In this document: piece by piece, positions 52,563 to 64,000 of the stretch
How positions within the stretch are numbered: position 1 is the first letter of the stretch
Layout of the letters: each line of letters opens with the position of its first letter
NCBI GenBank assembly: GCA_016748015.1
Contig: JAAOMT010000302.1
Coordinates: forward strand, 434,001 to 498,000
Length of the DNA: 64,000 bases
Origin: Geosiphon pyriformis uo1
Lineage: Eukaryota; Fungi; Glomeromycota
Reading direction: 5' to 3'
Translations under genes and position numbers: made by a program
Notes under the pieces: generated by a model
What the model was told of the DNA's origin: nothing
What the model saw: the letters and a program-made list of their open reading frames with translations, nothing else
Database searches by the model: none

Positions 52563-53270
52563 CTAAAATTCTACTGGTAACATAATTTTCTCTTCAAGAC
52601 TGAACTCTGTCAAAGTCCAAGTACTATTTGTGATATTAAGATAGTGGTCCAAAATAATTGAAGTGATTTGGTCTGAAAATTGTTGAAATTTCAGTTTTGT
52701 GAGCTTTCCAATGTATTGAATCTTTATTGGATAAAGTATTGGATTTTGTAGGATGTTTTTACAAATGTTAAATAAATCATAGAGTTTAAATGCTGTTCTA
52801 AGTTTGTAGTGAGTGTAAATTGGTCCAGCTGCTGTCTTGAATTCCTTGTGAATTTGTTTTTGTATAGCTTCAAGAGTAATATTTGTTGCTTCAAGTTTCA
52901 GTTTTCGTTTATAAAGTGTTTTTTCAATATGAAAATATCTATAAATAAAGATATGTTGATTGTTCTGTTTATTAAAAAATAGTAGAAGTTTTTGTTAGCT
53001 TGTAACATTTAGTGGAATGTTCATAAGGGCAAATAAAAAGTTTTTTTTTAGTGCTTGTTTCAAAAGTTCTAATAATTGATTTTCAGAGTAATCTCTTGTT
53101 TTTTTTCTATAAGAATAATAATTCTGAGAATTATTTACTACTGGTGTTGTGGTTTCTTTTTAAGTGTAATTAATTTGACTTTTATTAATTGTTATGAATA
53201 AGTCAAGAAGTGTTTTTAAAGCTAACATTAATTTTTGGGATATTTGTTAAATATTTCGAGGAATAATTAT
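52563..53270 (-). pseudogene. A5 ORF3 accessory protein (236 codons, start mutated to ATA)
   Basis: Colinear with A4 ORF3. Confidence 0.7.
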
Positions 53271-53434
53271 GATAAAATGACTAATTAATAAGTAAAATTT
53301 TGAAAAAGAATAAAAAAAATTATTTTTTGAATATAGAGTTTTATTTGTTTTTGGGTTTGAATGTTTCTTGTAATTATTTACTATTTTTGTTTTATGTCTT
53401 CTGTATTTTAAAGAAGTGATTGTAAAATGTTAAA

Positions 53435-56400
53435 TTAATTATTCAAGTTTAGTTGTTGTTTTATTATAACTATTGATTCTAAATTTTGGGGAATATCTTT
53501 AAAATTAACTAAAGAGGAATGTGTACCAATTTGTGAAATTAATGGTTCAAGATTGTTTCTGGAATGATAGTGTTTCAATTGATCTCCATGTGCAACTTTT
53601 GCTAGTACTTTGTCATTAAGTCTTAACTTATATAATCTATTGCCTAAAATTTTGTGAATATAAAATGATCCATTTCATTTATGTTTAAATTTTTCACTTT
53701 ATTGTTTTTCAGCCTTAGTTTTGTATAAGAAAACTTTATTTTCAACTTTAAATTTATTGGTAATTGGTGGCAGTTTGTTGTCATGTCTTTTTTTTTGTAG
53801 GGCTTAGAAGTATTCAATATAAGTGGCTGCTATGTGTCTTTTTTCTTTCAATGTACTAAGGAGAGTGTAAGCTCTTTTTTGGAGCATTTTTTGAAAGTTT
53901 TCTTTATTGATTGGTTGCACTGAGTATGTTTTTACTGTAAAATTAATTGGTAATGTTGCTGTTTTTCCATAAGTAAAATTAAATGGTGTGTGTTTCATAG
54001 TATCTTGTTTTAGTGTTCTGTATGCTAGTAACATTGATGGAATAAAGATATCTTATTCCTGCTTAAAATCTGTTAAGACTTTGGCTAAAGATTTACACAA
54101 TATTCTGTTGAAATGTTCTACAAATCCATTTGTTTAAGAGTGATAAAGTAATAATAGAGGTCTTTTAACATTAGATTGTTCACAAATTTTTTGTATCAAG
54201 TTGTTCACAAAATGTGTTCCTTGATTAGATAAAAGTTCAATTGGGCATCTATGTCTACAAATAATGTCTTTATAGATGAAATTTGCTACTGATTTTGCAT
54301 TTGCTCTTTGGATAGCTCTAGCTTTAGGCCATTTGGTCAGATAATCTACTGCAACTGTCATATAATGATTTTCTTGGGTTGTAATAAATAATGATTCGAC
54401 TAAATCAATTCCAAATCTGTCAAAAGATTGTTCAATTTTGATTGGATTTAAAGATTCTGTGGAACAAGTTCTTTCTCTTCTTTGACAATTGTCACAAAAT
54501 TCTACATATTATCAAATGTCTTTTTGCATATAAGACCAAAAATAATGTTCAAAAGTTTTTTGAATTGTTCCATTTCTTTCCAAGTATGCTGAAGAAGAAT
54601 CTGTGTATATGTTGTATAGAATTGTTTCTTTTTTATTTTCTTGTATTAATCTAAGTGATTGATTTGGGTTTCTGTAATTTTTATAATAAATTTTGTTGTG
54701 GTGTATGAAATATTGTTTTAATTGGTATTGTAATCAATGTTTTTTACTTAGAGACCAATTTTCTGACATAGTAAGAGTCTCTAAATAGTTTTTGATGTTG
54801 TTGTAATTTTTGGGATCCATTGTTGTTTGGTTAGTTTTGTTAATAAGTTGGTAGTTGTGGTGGGGTTGTTGTTGGTATTAATCTTGTCTTATTCTTGACA
54901 GACTATTAATATTAATGTGTAGTTTTTTTGGTTTGTAATGTACAATATACTTGTAGTCTGCTAGAAAGTTGTTCTATTGAGACTGTTTGGCACTTTGTTC
55001 AGTTTTCTTTTTATTGAGTCATTTAAGGCTAATATTGTCAATTATAATGTCAAATTTTTTTCCATTCTTTAGGTATTGTTAAAAGTGTTTAAGAGTCCAA
55101 ATGACTGCAGCAGCTTTTAATTCAGTTGAGCCATATTTGAGTTCTGTTGGTTTAAGTGTTTTATTAACATAGACAATAACTTGTTTCTGGCCATTTTTAT
55201 TTAATTGTGATAAGATGGCACCAAATGCTATGTGTAAAGCATCAGTGGTTAGTTGAAATTGTTTGTTAAAGTTTGAATAAGCAAGGACTGGAGCTGTAAT
55301 TAGCTTTGTTTTGAGAGTTTTAAAAGCTTTCTGTTGTTCTTTAATCCATTAATATAACATGTTTTTGTTGATAAGATAATTGAGTGATTTGGCAATTTCT
55401 GAGAATCCTTTTATGAATTTCTGATAATAAGAGGCTAATCTTACAAATTCTCATAGCTCTGTGGTATTTTTGGAAGTTTGAAAGTTTTTGACAGCACTAA
55501 TTGTTCCAGAATTGGGTTTGACTCTACCTTTGCTAACAATATGTCCAAAAAAAATTAAACTTGTTTTTCCAAAGTGACACTTTTTAATGTTCAATTTTAA
55601 TCTTGCTTTCTATAATCGTCAAAAAATTTTTTACAGGTGGATAAGATGAGCTTTAAAACTTAGTGAGTACATATTAGTGTTATCAAGATAGACAACTACT
55701 GATTGTCATAAAAATTCTTTATATACAACATCCATAAGTCACTGAAATGTTGTTGGTATATTGCAAAGTCCAAAAAGCATAACATTGAATTTATAGTTTT
55801 TTTTTGGATAGTAAATGTTGTTTTGGGTCGATCTTTTGGGTCTATTTCGACTTGTCAATATCCACTTTCTAAGTCTAAAGTTGAAAAAAACTTGGCTTTT
55901 CTTAAAGAATCTAGCATGTTATCAATTCTTGAAAGAGAGTAAACATTTCTAATTGTCATGCTATTGAGTTGACAATAATTTACACAGAATCTGATTTTTC
56001 TGTTTTTTTTTAACATGAACCACTGATGAGACCCAAGGACTTCTTGATGACTGAATCAATCTATTACTGAGCATTTTTTGGACTTTTTTCCTAATGAATT
56101 GGTGACTGACTGGTAGTACTTGATAAGCTTGTTGATGTTTTGGTGGAGCATCTCCTGTGTGAATCTGGTGTTAAACAATATCAGATTTTCCAAGGTTATT
56201 GTTGTTTTTTGCAAATATGTCAGCAAATTCAGTTATTAACTGTTTTAATTGTCTTTGTTGCTGATGTTCTAAAAAATCTATGTTGATTTAAAAGAGTTTT
56301 ACTTCCATAAGGTGGTAGTTTTCAGTAATAGGGATAATGTTTGGATTTGGAAGTAGAGTATGTCTTACAATTTTGATGAAATTAAAAACAATTTAAGGGT

Positions 56401-59400
56401 TTTCATTTTGGAAGATATTGCTGTATATGATTCCAATCTCTAATTTATTTAATAAGACAATAAAGTAATTATTGAGGTTGTAGAATATAACTCAAAAATT
56501 TTTCATTTCTTTGGAAATATAAACGTTTGGAAGTAAGATTTCATGTTTTAAACAGATTTGTTTATTGAATTCAAAGATTTGTTGAATAGTAGTGGATTTT
56601 GAGCAAGTGTAATTTTCATAATGTTCTCTAAAAAATAAAATAGTAATTGGTTGAAGAAGTTAAAGAATCTGGTAAGATTTATTTTGTGTATTAAGAACTA
56701 TGTTTACTGGAATTGTAAATCATTCAGTTGAACCAAAATCTTGAGTTTTTTTTTTCACTTTTTTCCAATTGTTTTTTGTTGTTAACTGATTGTAAACTCG
56801 AAATGTTGATTAAGAGTAGGTAAATTGTTTGGGCAATTTTTTCAGCATGTTCAATCCTAAATGGTTTGTTTGTTTTATTCTGTAACATAATAGTAATGTC
56901 TCCAGTATATCTTGCATCTATGATTTCTTCTCTGACATTAATTTTTTTGCTTGCCAATGATAATTGAAAAGCAATTTATACCATTGCTTCTGGTGGTATT
57001 TTAAGAGCAATTCTGAGGTTGATTTTGGTTGAAGAACCAAAGTGTCTTTGTTAGAATATCTTAAGTCATATCCTGCATCAATTTCGTAGGCTTTTTCTGG
57101 TTTTATTCCTTTTTCATTGTTGTTAAAGTATTTAAGCTGTATAGCAGACTGGTTTTCAGTAAGATAGATTAAGGTTGTTGCAATTTTTTTTTCTGGCTTA
57201 TGTTCTCCAAACTCAATTTCCTCCTGGTCATCTTTGCTAAACAAGAGAATGCTCAGGGCATAGTATTCTGGACACTATTTGTCATCACAAAGCATAATGT
57301 ATTCTTTACACAATTGAATGTTTATCTGCTCTAATCATTGAATTTGAGCTATTTGGGTCGGATATGTGTGACTTGTAATCTGGTGATATGTTTCTACTTT
57401 ATCTTTATAGTTAAATTCAGCTAATTCTATTGTGTATTCAATGTACTTAGCTTTTTTTATTTGGTGGACATTTTCTTGTATGATTTCATTAATTAAAGCT
57501 ATTATTAAGTTAAAGATTATTTTAGCATCATAAGAGTAGTGGTAAAGTTTGTTGAGAGCATTATTGTATGCTGTATTAAAAGGTGTTTCTCTTCTGACTT
57601 TTTCCAAGATTGATAGAACATATTAGCAGATTTGATTACATATTCCTCCTTCTCTTATTGCAACATTAATTCAGTTGTATTTTTCTGATAGCATATCTCC
57701 ACATATAAGACAAGGAGTATTGTTCTATTTTTCACTTTTTTTGGGGTATCCAAATCGTTTTCTATGGCATGTTTTGCAAAAGTAGCAGGTGCAAGTTTCA
57801 TATTCCTCTTCTGAAAAAATACATGCTCTCATGGATAAAAGTTTTTTCTTGTAATCTTTACATTTAAGTGGGATGTAAGGTGGTTGTTTTCGTGATTCTG
57901 GTGTAGAATATCTAACTATATTCAATTTTCTGGTTTTTTCAAAAATTTTTTGTTCTGTTTCTTTAGCCCAATTAAATGGTAATTCAAGAGCCATAAAAGT
58001 TTTAGTAATTGATAGTTCTTTCTTTTCTTTAAATTCGAATACTGGGACTTTTTCAGATTTCTTATTAAAAGTACCACAGATGACAAGTACTCTGGTGTAT
58101 TGTTCTTGGTATGAAATCTTCAATTTCTGGGTTTTCCAGTCTAAATTTGCATTGGCCTTAAGAAGCCAATTATTTCCAACAAGAGCTTAGTATTGTGGTG
58201 TATTCATGACTAAAACTTTGATTGAAATAGTGATTTCATTAATGGTGAATGGAAAATTGTTAATTTCTCCTACTGGTGTCTTTTTTATATTATCTGCTGT
58301 AACAATAACTGTCTGGACAGATCTGTCAACAGTTTGTTAAAGTTGTTGCATTAATTGGTAGGTAATAATACTTCTAGCTAATCTACTGTCTAGAATTAAC
58401 TGAATGGGTTTTCTTTCTACTTTGGCTTTAGTATATATAGCTGTGATTGTTTTTTGTTCATTAACTGCTGTATTGCTAAGCAAAAATGGTGATTCATTGG
58501 CTTTAAATTCGAATAAGAGTATATCTGAAAGGTTGGCATTTTGGGCAATTTGAGCTGGTGGAATAGTATTATTGAAAGGATTTAATCTTGGTGCTGCAAC
58601 TTTATCTTCAGAAAGTACAGTTTGTTGAAAATCCGATTCTTTAGGTATTGTGAGATAACTGGATTGAGTGTGGTAGTAATTGGGTCTTTGTTAACCAGAA
58701 TTTCGGAGAACTAACTGGTTGTTTGGGTTGATTCTGCTGTTGTTTGTTAAAAAACGGTTTTGTAATGTAAATTGGTTGTGTTGAACCAATTTTTAGACTG
58801 GTACTTGATATTGTTATGTAGGTGGTTGTTAATACTATTGGATTGGTAGAGATTGTTAATATTGTTGCTATGGAGTAGATTAATAGTAATTGGTTTGCTG
58901 TTGGAGTCTTGAAAAATAGTAGACTGGTGATAAAGGCTGATAATGAGATTGCTATGTTGAAGAATAACGTTAATTACTCCTGTTTTGCTGGTTTCTTTGT
59001 AGCTTTCTGCAATTTCATTTCCAATGTCCTGAAATTTCACAATAATAACAACTTTGGTTTTGACTGTTTGATGAAATAGTTTTCAATTTTTCTTGTAAGT
59101 TGGTTAATTTTCTCTTCAGCTGCTAAGCTGGTTTCTCTAATAGCAAGATTTACAAGTTTAATATGATTTGCTTTTTCTATTGCCAATTCATAGTTCTTTG
59201 TATGTTTAATAGCTGTTGCTAAGTCTTCTGAAACATGTGGGTGAACTTTTTTGATTAATTTGTCTTTTAATCCTGTTATAAACTGATCCAAAATCTGGGC
59301 ATTGGAATAGTATTCATTGGTTTCTAATTGTCAAATTTGTCAAAAAAGTTTGTTGAATCTCCCAAGATAAGTCATAACAGTTTTAGATGTTTCTTGTTTG

Positions 59401-60401
59401 ATATTGTGAAAGCAATTTCAGAGAGTAATAGAGGTGTTGTTGTCAGTAAATTGTTGCAAGAAAGCATCTTTGAATGCTTGCCAGTTTCCAAAGAATTCTT
59501 CTAAATTTTCAAACCATTCTCCTGTAGTTCCTTGAAGGAAGTATGAAATTGCTTTAAGTATTCTTGCTATATTCCATCCATTTGCATCTCCTGCTTTCTG
59601 AACTTTGTCAAGCCATTCTTGAGGGCTAATATTATTATCTTTATTCATAAATTCTGAGATTTTTGCAATATAAGCAGTTGCTATTTCTTTTTTGTTTTCT
59701 GTGATTTTTTCTTGTTTTGATTCAATTTCTTCACTTTTCAAGTTCTCTGAATAATTACTTTTGTTTTCTTGTAAGTAATCAATAATATTGGTGCTGGTTG
59801 ATATTAGTTCCTGCTGTTAAGTAGGACTTTTAAGTGACTAAAAATCTTCTGGTCTGGAGAAATGGATAAGTGGTGAATTTGGTGTTTGTGGTTGAGCAAG
59901 TGAAATTGAAAATGATGTGACTGAGAGTGGAAGTCTGGTGCTGGTTCCTTGTTCTGGAGTTTGCAAATGTTTGGCAGTTATTTTTGGTGTCTTTGGAGTG
60001 TTTGGGATGGTGCTTGAGTATTTTTTTAGTTTTTGTTTGTCTTTGTTGCTTGTTTCTGTTTCTGATTCAAAGTCAATAAAGTATTTAGACTGTACTAGAT
60101 ATTTTTTTTCACAATACTGGATAATGTTGAAATTAAGTTTTTGGAAGTAGGTACCAAGTGTTTTACTATTAAGGTCTTCAGTTCTCAATTGTGAATAATA
60201 CACTAAATTATTGTAGAAGTTGCTTCTAACTTCTAAAATGTTGTAATTTTCAAGAAGTTAATTGTTGATGTGGTTTTCAATATACTGGTAAAGTGTTTTC
60301 TTAACAATTTCAATTCAGTTTGAAATGTTGAATCTCTGCTTGCAATGAGTGTAAATTGACTGGTAATATTCTAGAGTTGCTGTATTTGGTGTGGTTGCTA
60401 C
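53435..60401 (-). pseudogene. A5 gag-pol, including dUTPase ~56724-57140
   Basis: Fragments DAGYDL (56918-57244), IIDARYTGD...EKIAQ (56724-56957), Cys-rich domain (57335-58123), Gag (59037-59741). Confidence 0.88.
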
Positions 60402-61419
60402 TTTGAAGTTGTTATTATTGTGTTATTTTTATAGAAGAGCACCAAATGTTACCAGAGATTTTTGGTCTCTTTTCTTGAATGTTGTTAATGTTTGTCTGTT
60501 GCTAATTTCACGTTTTCTGAAAGCAGTTGAATCTCTAATAATTGAATTTATCTTCAAATTATCTTCTATAATTTGAACTTGTTGGGCTTATAAATAGAAT
60601 AACCAATTCCATGCCAGTTATTTTGTGTAGTTATGTTGTAGTAAATGTTAACTCTTTCCCAAAAATTGCTCATCTGGAAGCTTACTAAAATTGCATAGTT
60701 ACTTTGCTGTAAAAGTCAACTCTTTTACAAAAATTTTGTCTGTAAGCTACCTTAATAATTATGATAAGAAAGTAAAAAGAAAAATAAAAGAAATGTAAAA
60801 GAAATAGAATTTTGTCAAGGAAAACGTTTTCTATCTAGGTTTGAAGTCACTAACAAATTACTGAAATTAGTAGCTAATCAATTTCAAAATTTTAGTTGTG
60901 TTGAAAGAATTTCAAGTGTAATAATCAAAAAATTTGGGTTTTGAATATTTAATTTTTATTTGAAATGTGTAAAAGATGATTTGTTCCAATTAAGATATCT
61001 AAAGTAGGATACTATGATAAGATACTATAAGAAGATACATTTTCTTGAAAAAAAAAGCTTTTTTTTTATACAACTTGTTATAGTACTAGTCTTTGAACTT
61101 GCACTTTTTTCTTTGCTACAATTTTGGTGAACTAAAGATACATTTCAGCAAACTACAAGTTATTTCACTAAACTATTGATTATTTCGGCCAATTTTCATT
61201 AATTTCGGCGAATTTTGACTATATTAAATGGTTTAAGATATTGTGTAATTTGATTATCTTAATTTTTATAGTACAAATCGGATTATTGATTGAGTAATAA
61301 TATTTGATAATTTGATTAATTAATAAGTGATAATCAAAATGATAATAATATGCTAATTAATAATAAGAATTATAAGGATAATTTCATGCTAATTAATAGC
61401 TAAAATTCTATTGGTAACA

Positions 61420-64000
61420 TTGAATAGGTTTTTTTTCAACTTTAGCTTTTGTATACATTGCTGTAATTGCTTTTTGTTTATTGACTGCTATATTGCTAAG
61501 CAAAAAAGGTAATTTATTTGCTTCAAATTCAAATGGAAATATATTTGAGAGGTTGCCATTTTGAGCAATTTGGGCTGGAGGAATAGTATTGTTGGAAGAG
61601 TTTGATCTTGGTACTGTAATTTCATCTTTAAAAAGTGCAATTTGTTGAAAATTTGATTCTTTAGGCATTGTAAGATAACTGGGTTGAGTGTAGTAGTGAT
61701 TAGGTCTTTGCTGACCAGAATTTATGAGAACCAATTGGTTGTTTGGATCGATTCTGTTGTTATTATTCTGAAATTGATTTTGAGATGTGAATTAATTATG
61801 TTGAACCAATTTTTGGACTGGTACTTAATATTGTTGTATAAGTGGTTGATATTGTTAAATTGGTAGAGGTTGTTAATATTGTTGTTATAAAACAGATTGA
61901 TAATAATTGGTTTGCTGTTAGAATCTTGAGGAATAGTAAACTGGTAGTGGAAGCTGATAATGAGATTGCTGTGTTGAAAAGTAATATTGATTACTCCTAT
62001 TTTGTTGGTTTCTTTGTAGCTTTTTGCAATCTCATTTCCAATGGTCTGGAATTCCACAATAGTGACAACTTTGGTTTTGGTTGTTTGTTGATGATGAGTA
62101 GTTGTTTTGGTTTTATTGCTGTGATAACTGATATCTTTGTGATTGTTGCTATTGTTGTTGGTTGGTAAAATAGTTTTCAACCTTTCTTATAAGTTGGTTA
62201 ATTTTTTCTTCAGCTGCTGAGCTGGTTTCTTTAATAGCAAGATTTACAAGTTTGGTATAGTTTGCTTCTTTTATTGCTGTTTCATAGTTCTTTATATGTC
62301 TAATGGCTGTTGCTAAGTCTTCTGAGACATGTGAGTAAACTTTCTTGATTAACTTGTCTTTTAATTTCTGCTATAAACTAATCCAAAATCTGGGCATTGA
62401 AATAGTATTCATTGGTTTCTAATTGTCAAATTTGTCATAAAAGTTTGTTGAATCTCCCAAGATAGGTTATGATAGTTTTAAATGTTTCTTGTTTAATATT
62501 GTGAAAGCAATTGTGGAGAGTAATAGAGGTGTTGTTGTTGGTAAATTGTTATAAGAAAGCATTTTTAAATGCTTGTCAGTTTTTAAATAGTTCTTCTAAG
62601 TTTTCAAACTATTCTTCTGCAGTTCTTTGAAGAAAGTATGAGATTGCTTTGAACATTCTTGTTGTATTCTATCTATTTACATCTCCTGCTTTTTGAACTT
62701 TGTCAAGTTATTTTTAAGGACTGTTATTATTATCTTTACCAGTAAATTCTGGAATTTTTGCAATATAAACAGTTGCCATTTTTTCTTTGTTTTTTGTAGT
62801 TTCTTCTTGTTCTGATTCAATTTCTTTACTTTCTAAGTTCTTTGACTGATTTCTTTCGTTTTTTTGCAAGTAATTAATGATATTAGTACTGGTTGATATT
62901 AGTTCCTGCTATTAAGTAGAACTTTTAAATGACTGAAAATCTTCTGGTCTGGAGAAACGAATAAGTAGTAAACTTAGTGTTTGTGGTTGAGCAAGTGAAA
63001 TTGAAAATAGTATAATAGAAAGTGGTAATTTAACATTGGTTCTTTGTTCAGGTGTTTGCAAGTATTTGGCAGTTGTCTTTGGTATTATTGGAGTGTTTGG
63101 AGTGGTTCTTGAGTATTGTTTCACTTTTTGTTTGTCTTTGTTGCTTGTTTTGGTTTCTAATTCAAAGTCAATAGAGTATTTAGAATGTACTGAGTATTTT
63201 TCTTCACAATACTAAATAATGCTAAAGTTAAGTTCTTGGAAGTAAGTGACAAGTGTTTCATTGTTAAGGTCTTCAGTTCTCAATTGTAAATAGTGCAATA
63301 AATTATTGTAGAGATTGTTTCTAACTTCTGAAATGTTGTAGTTTCCAAAAAGATAATTGTTAATGCAGTTTTCAATGTATTGGTATACTGATTTCTTGAC
63401 AACTTCAATTCCGTCTGGGATATTGAATCTTTGTTTGTAGTGGGTGTAAATTAACTGATAATACTCTAGAGTTGTTGTGTCTAGTGTGGTCATTACTTTA
63501 AAGTTGTTATTGCTGTGTTATTTCTGTGAGAGAGCACCAAATGTTACTGGAGATTTTTGGTTTTTTTTCTTGAATGTTGTTAATGTTGATTTGCTGTGAA
63601 TTCATATTTTCAAGAAGTAGTTGGACCTCCAATAACTGAATTTAGCTTCAAATTATCTTTTATAATTTGAACTACTGGGCTTATAAGTAAAATAGCCAAT
63701 TTCATGTCAGTTATTTTGTATAGTTACATTGTATTAAACATCAACTCTTTTCCAGAAATTGTTTGTCTAGAAGCTTACTAAAATTGTGTAGTTACTTTGC
63801 TGTGAAAATCAACTCTTCTATAGAAATCTTGTCTGTAGGCTACCCTAATGATTATAATAAGAAAAATAAAAATAAAAATAAAAAAAATGAAATTCTAACA
63901 AAAGAAACGTTTTCTATTTAGGCCTGGAGTTACTAACAAATTACTGAAATTAGTAGTTAATCAATTTCAAAATATTAGTTGTGTTGAGAGATTTCAAGTG
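61420..64000 (-). mobile_element. Family A copy A6: 5' LTR (63542 to window end), PBS, N-extension, Gag and start of protease; cut by the A5 5' LTR
   Basis: PBS (GAGAGCACCA on +) at ~63530-63539. Gag ATG at 62779. The sequence stops at KVEKKPI, just before the protease LDSG. Confidence 0.85.

Larger units (their letters stand above)
51594..61419 (-). mobile_element. Ty3/Gypsy family A copy A5 (heavily decayed)
   Basis: 3' LTR 51594-52582, 5' LTR 60447-61419, PBS ending at 60444, full gag-PR-Zn-dUTPase-RT-RH-IN-ORF3. Flanks CTGG/TTGA do not match. Confidence 0.88.

Overview
AT-rich eukaryotic DNA, most likely fungal. The WOPR gene and transposon content suggest an early-diverging fungus such as Glomeromycotina; this is an inference only. 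The window holds one host gene, a Pac2-type WOPR (Gti1/Pac2) transcription factor at 2503-3819. From about 6.9 kb to the end it is a nested transposon block. A 5'-truncated LINE fragment of about 1.6 kb (RNase H plus C-terminal Zn region, 11-bp TSD, span 6890-48978) was expanded to 42 kb by three Ty3/Gypsy insertions: element B, solo LTR A3 and element A4. Element B itself carries two nested elements, A1 and A2. A second LINE (ORF1 part) and two more family-A copies (A5 and truncated A6) follow. All elements are decayed pseudogenes, mainly through C:G->T:A changes. Both Gypsy families share an unusually complex architecture. (i) A ~240-aa N-terminal Gag extension that apparently starts at GUG, within an AUG-free leader in family A. 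(ii) A ~210-aa triple zinc-cluster domain plus a dUTPase between protease and RT. (iii) A ~235-aa non-Env accessory ORF after integrase, which in family A reads through the PPT into U3. (iv) Family-specific tandem arrays in U3. Family A LTRs also carry a duplicated twin-hairpin element with compensatory base changes. Assembly artefacts are present: a Nextera adapter replaces the dUTPase region of A4, and two gaps have duplicated flanks.
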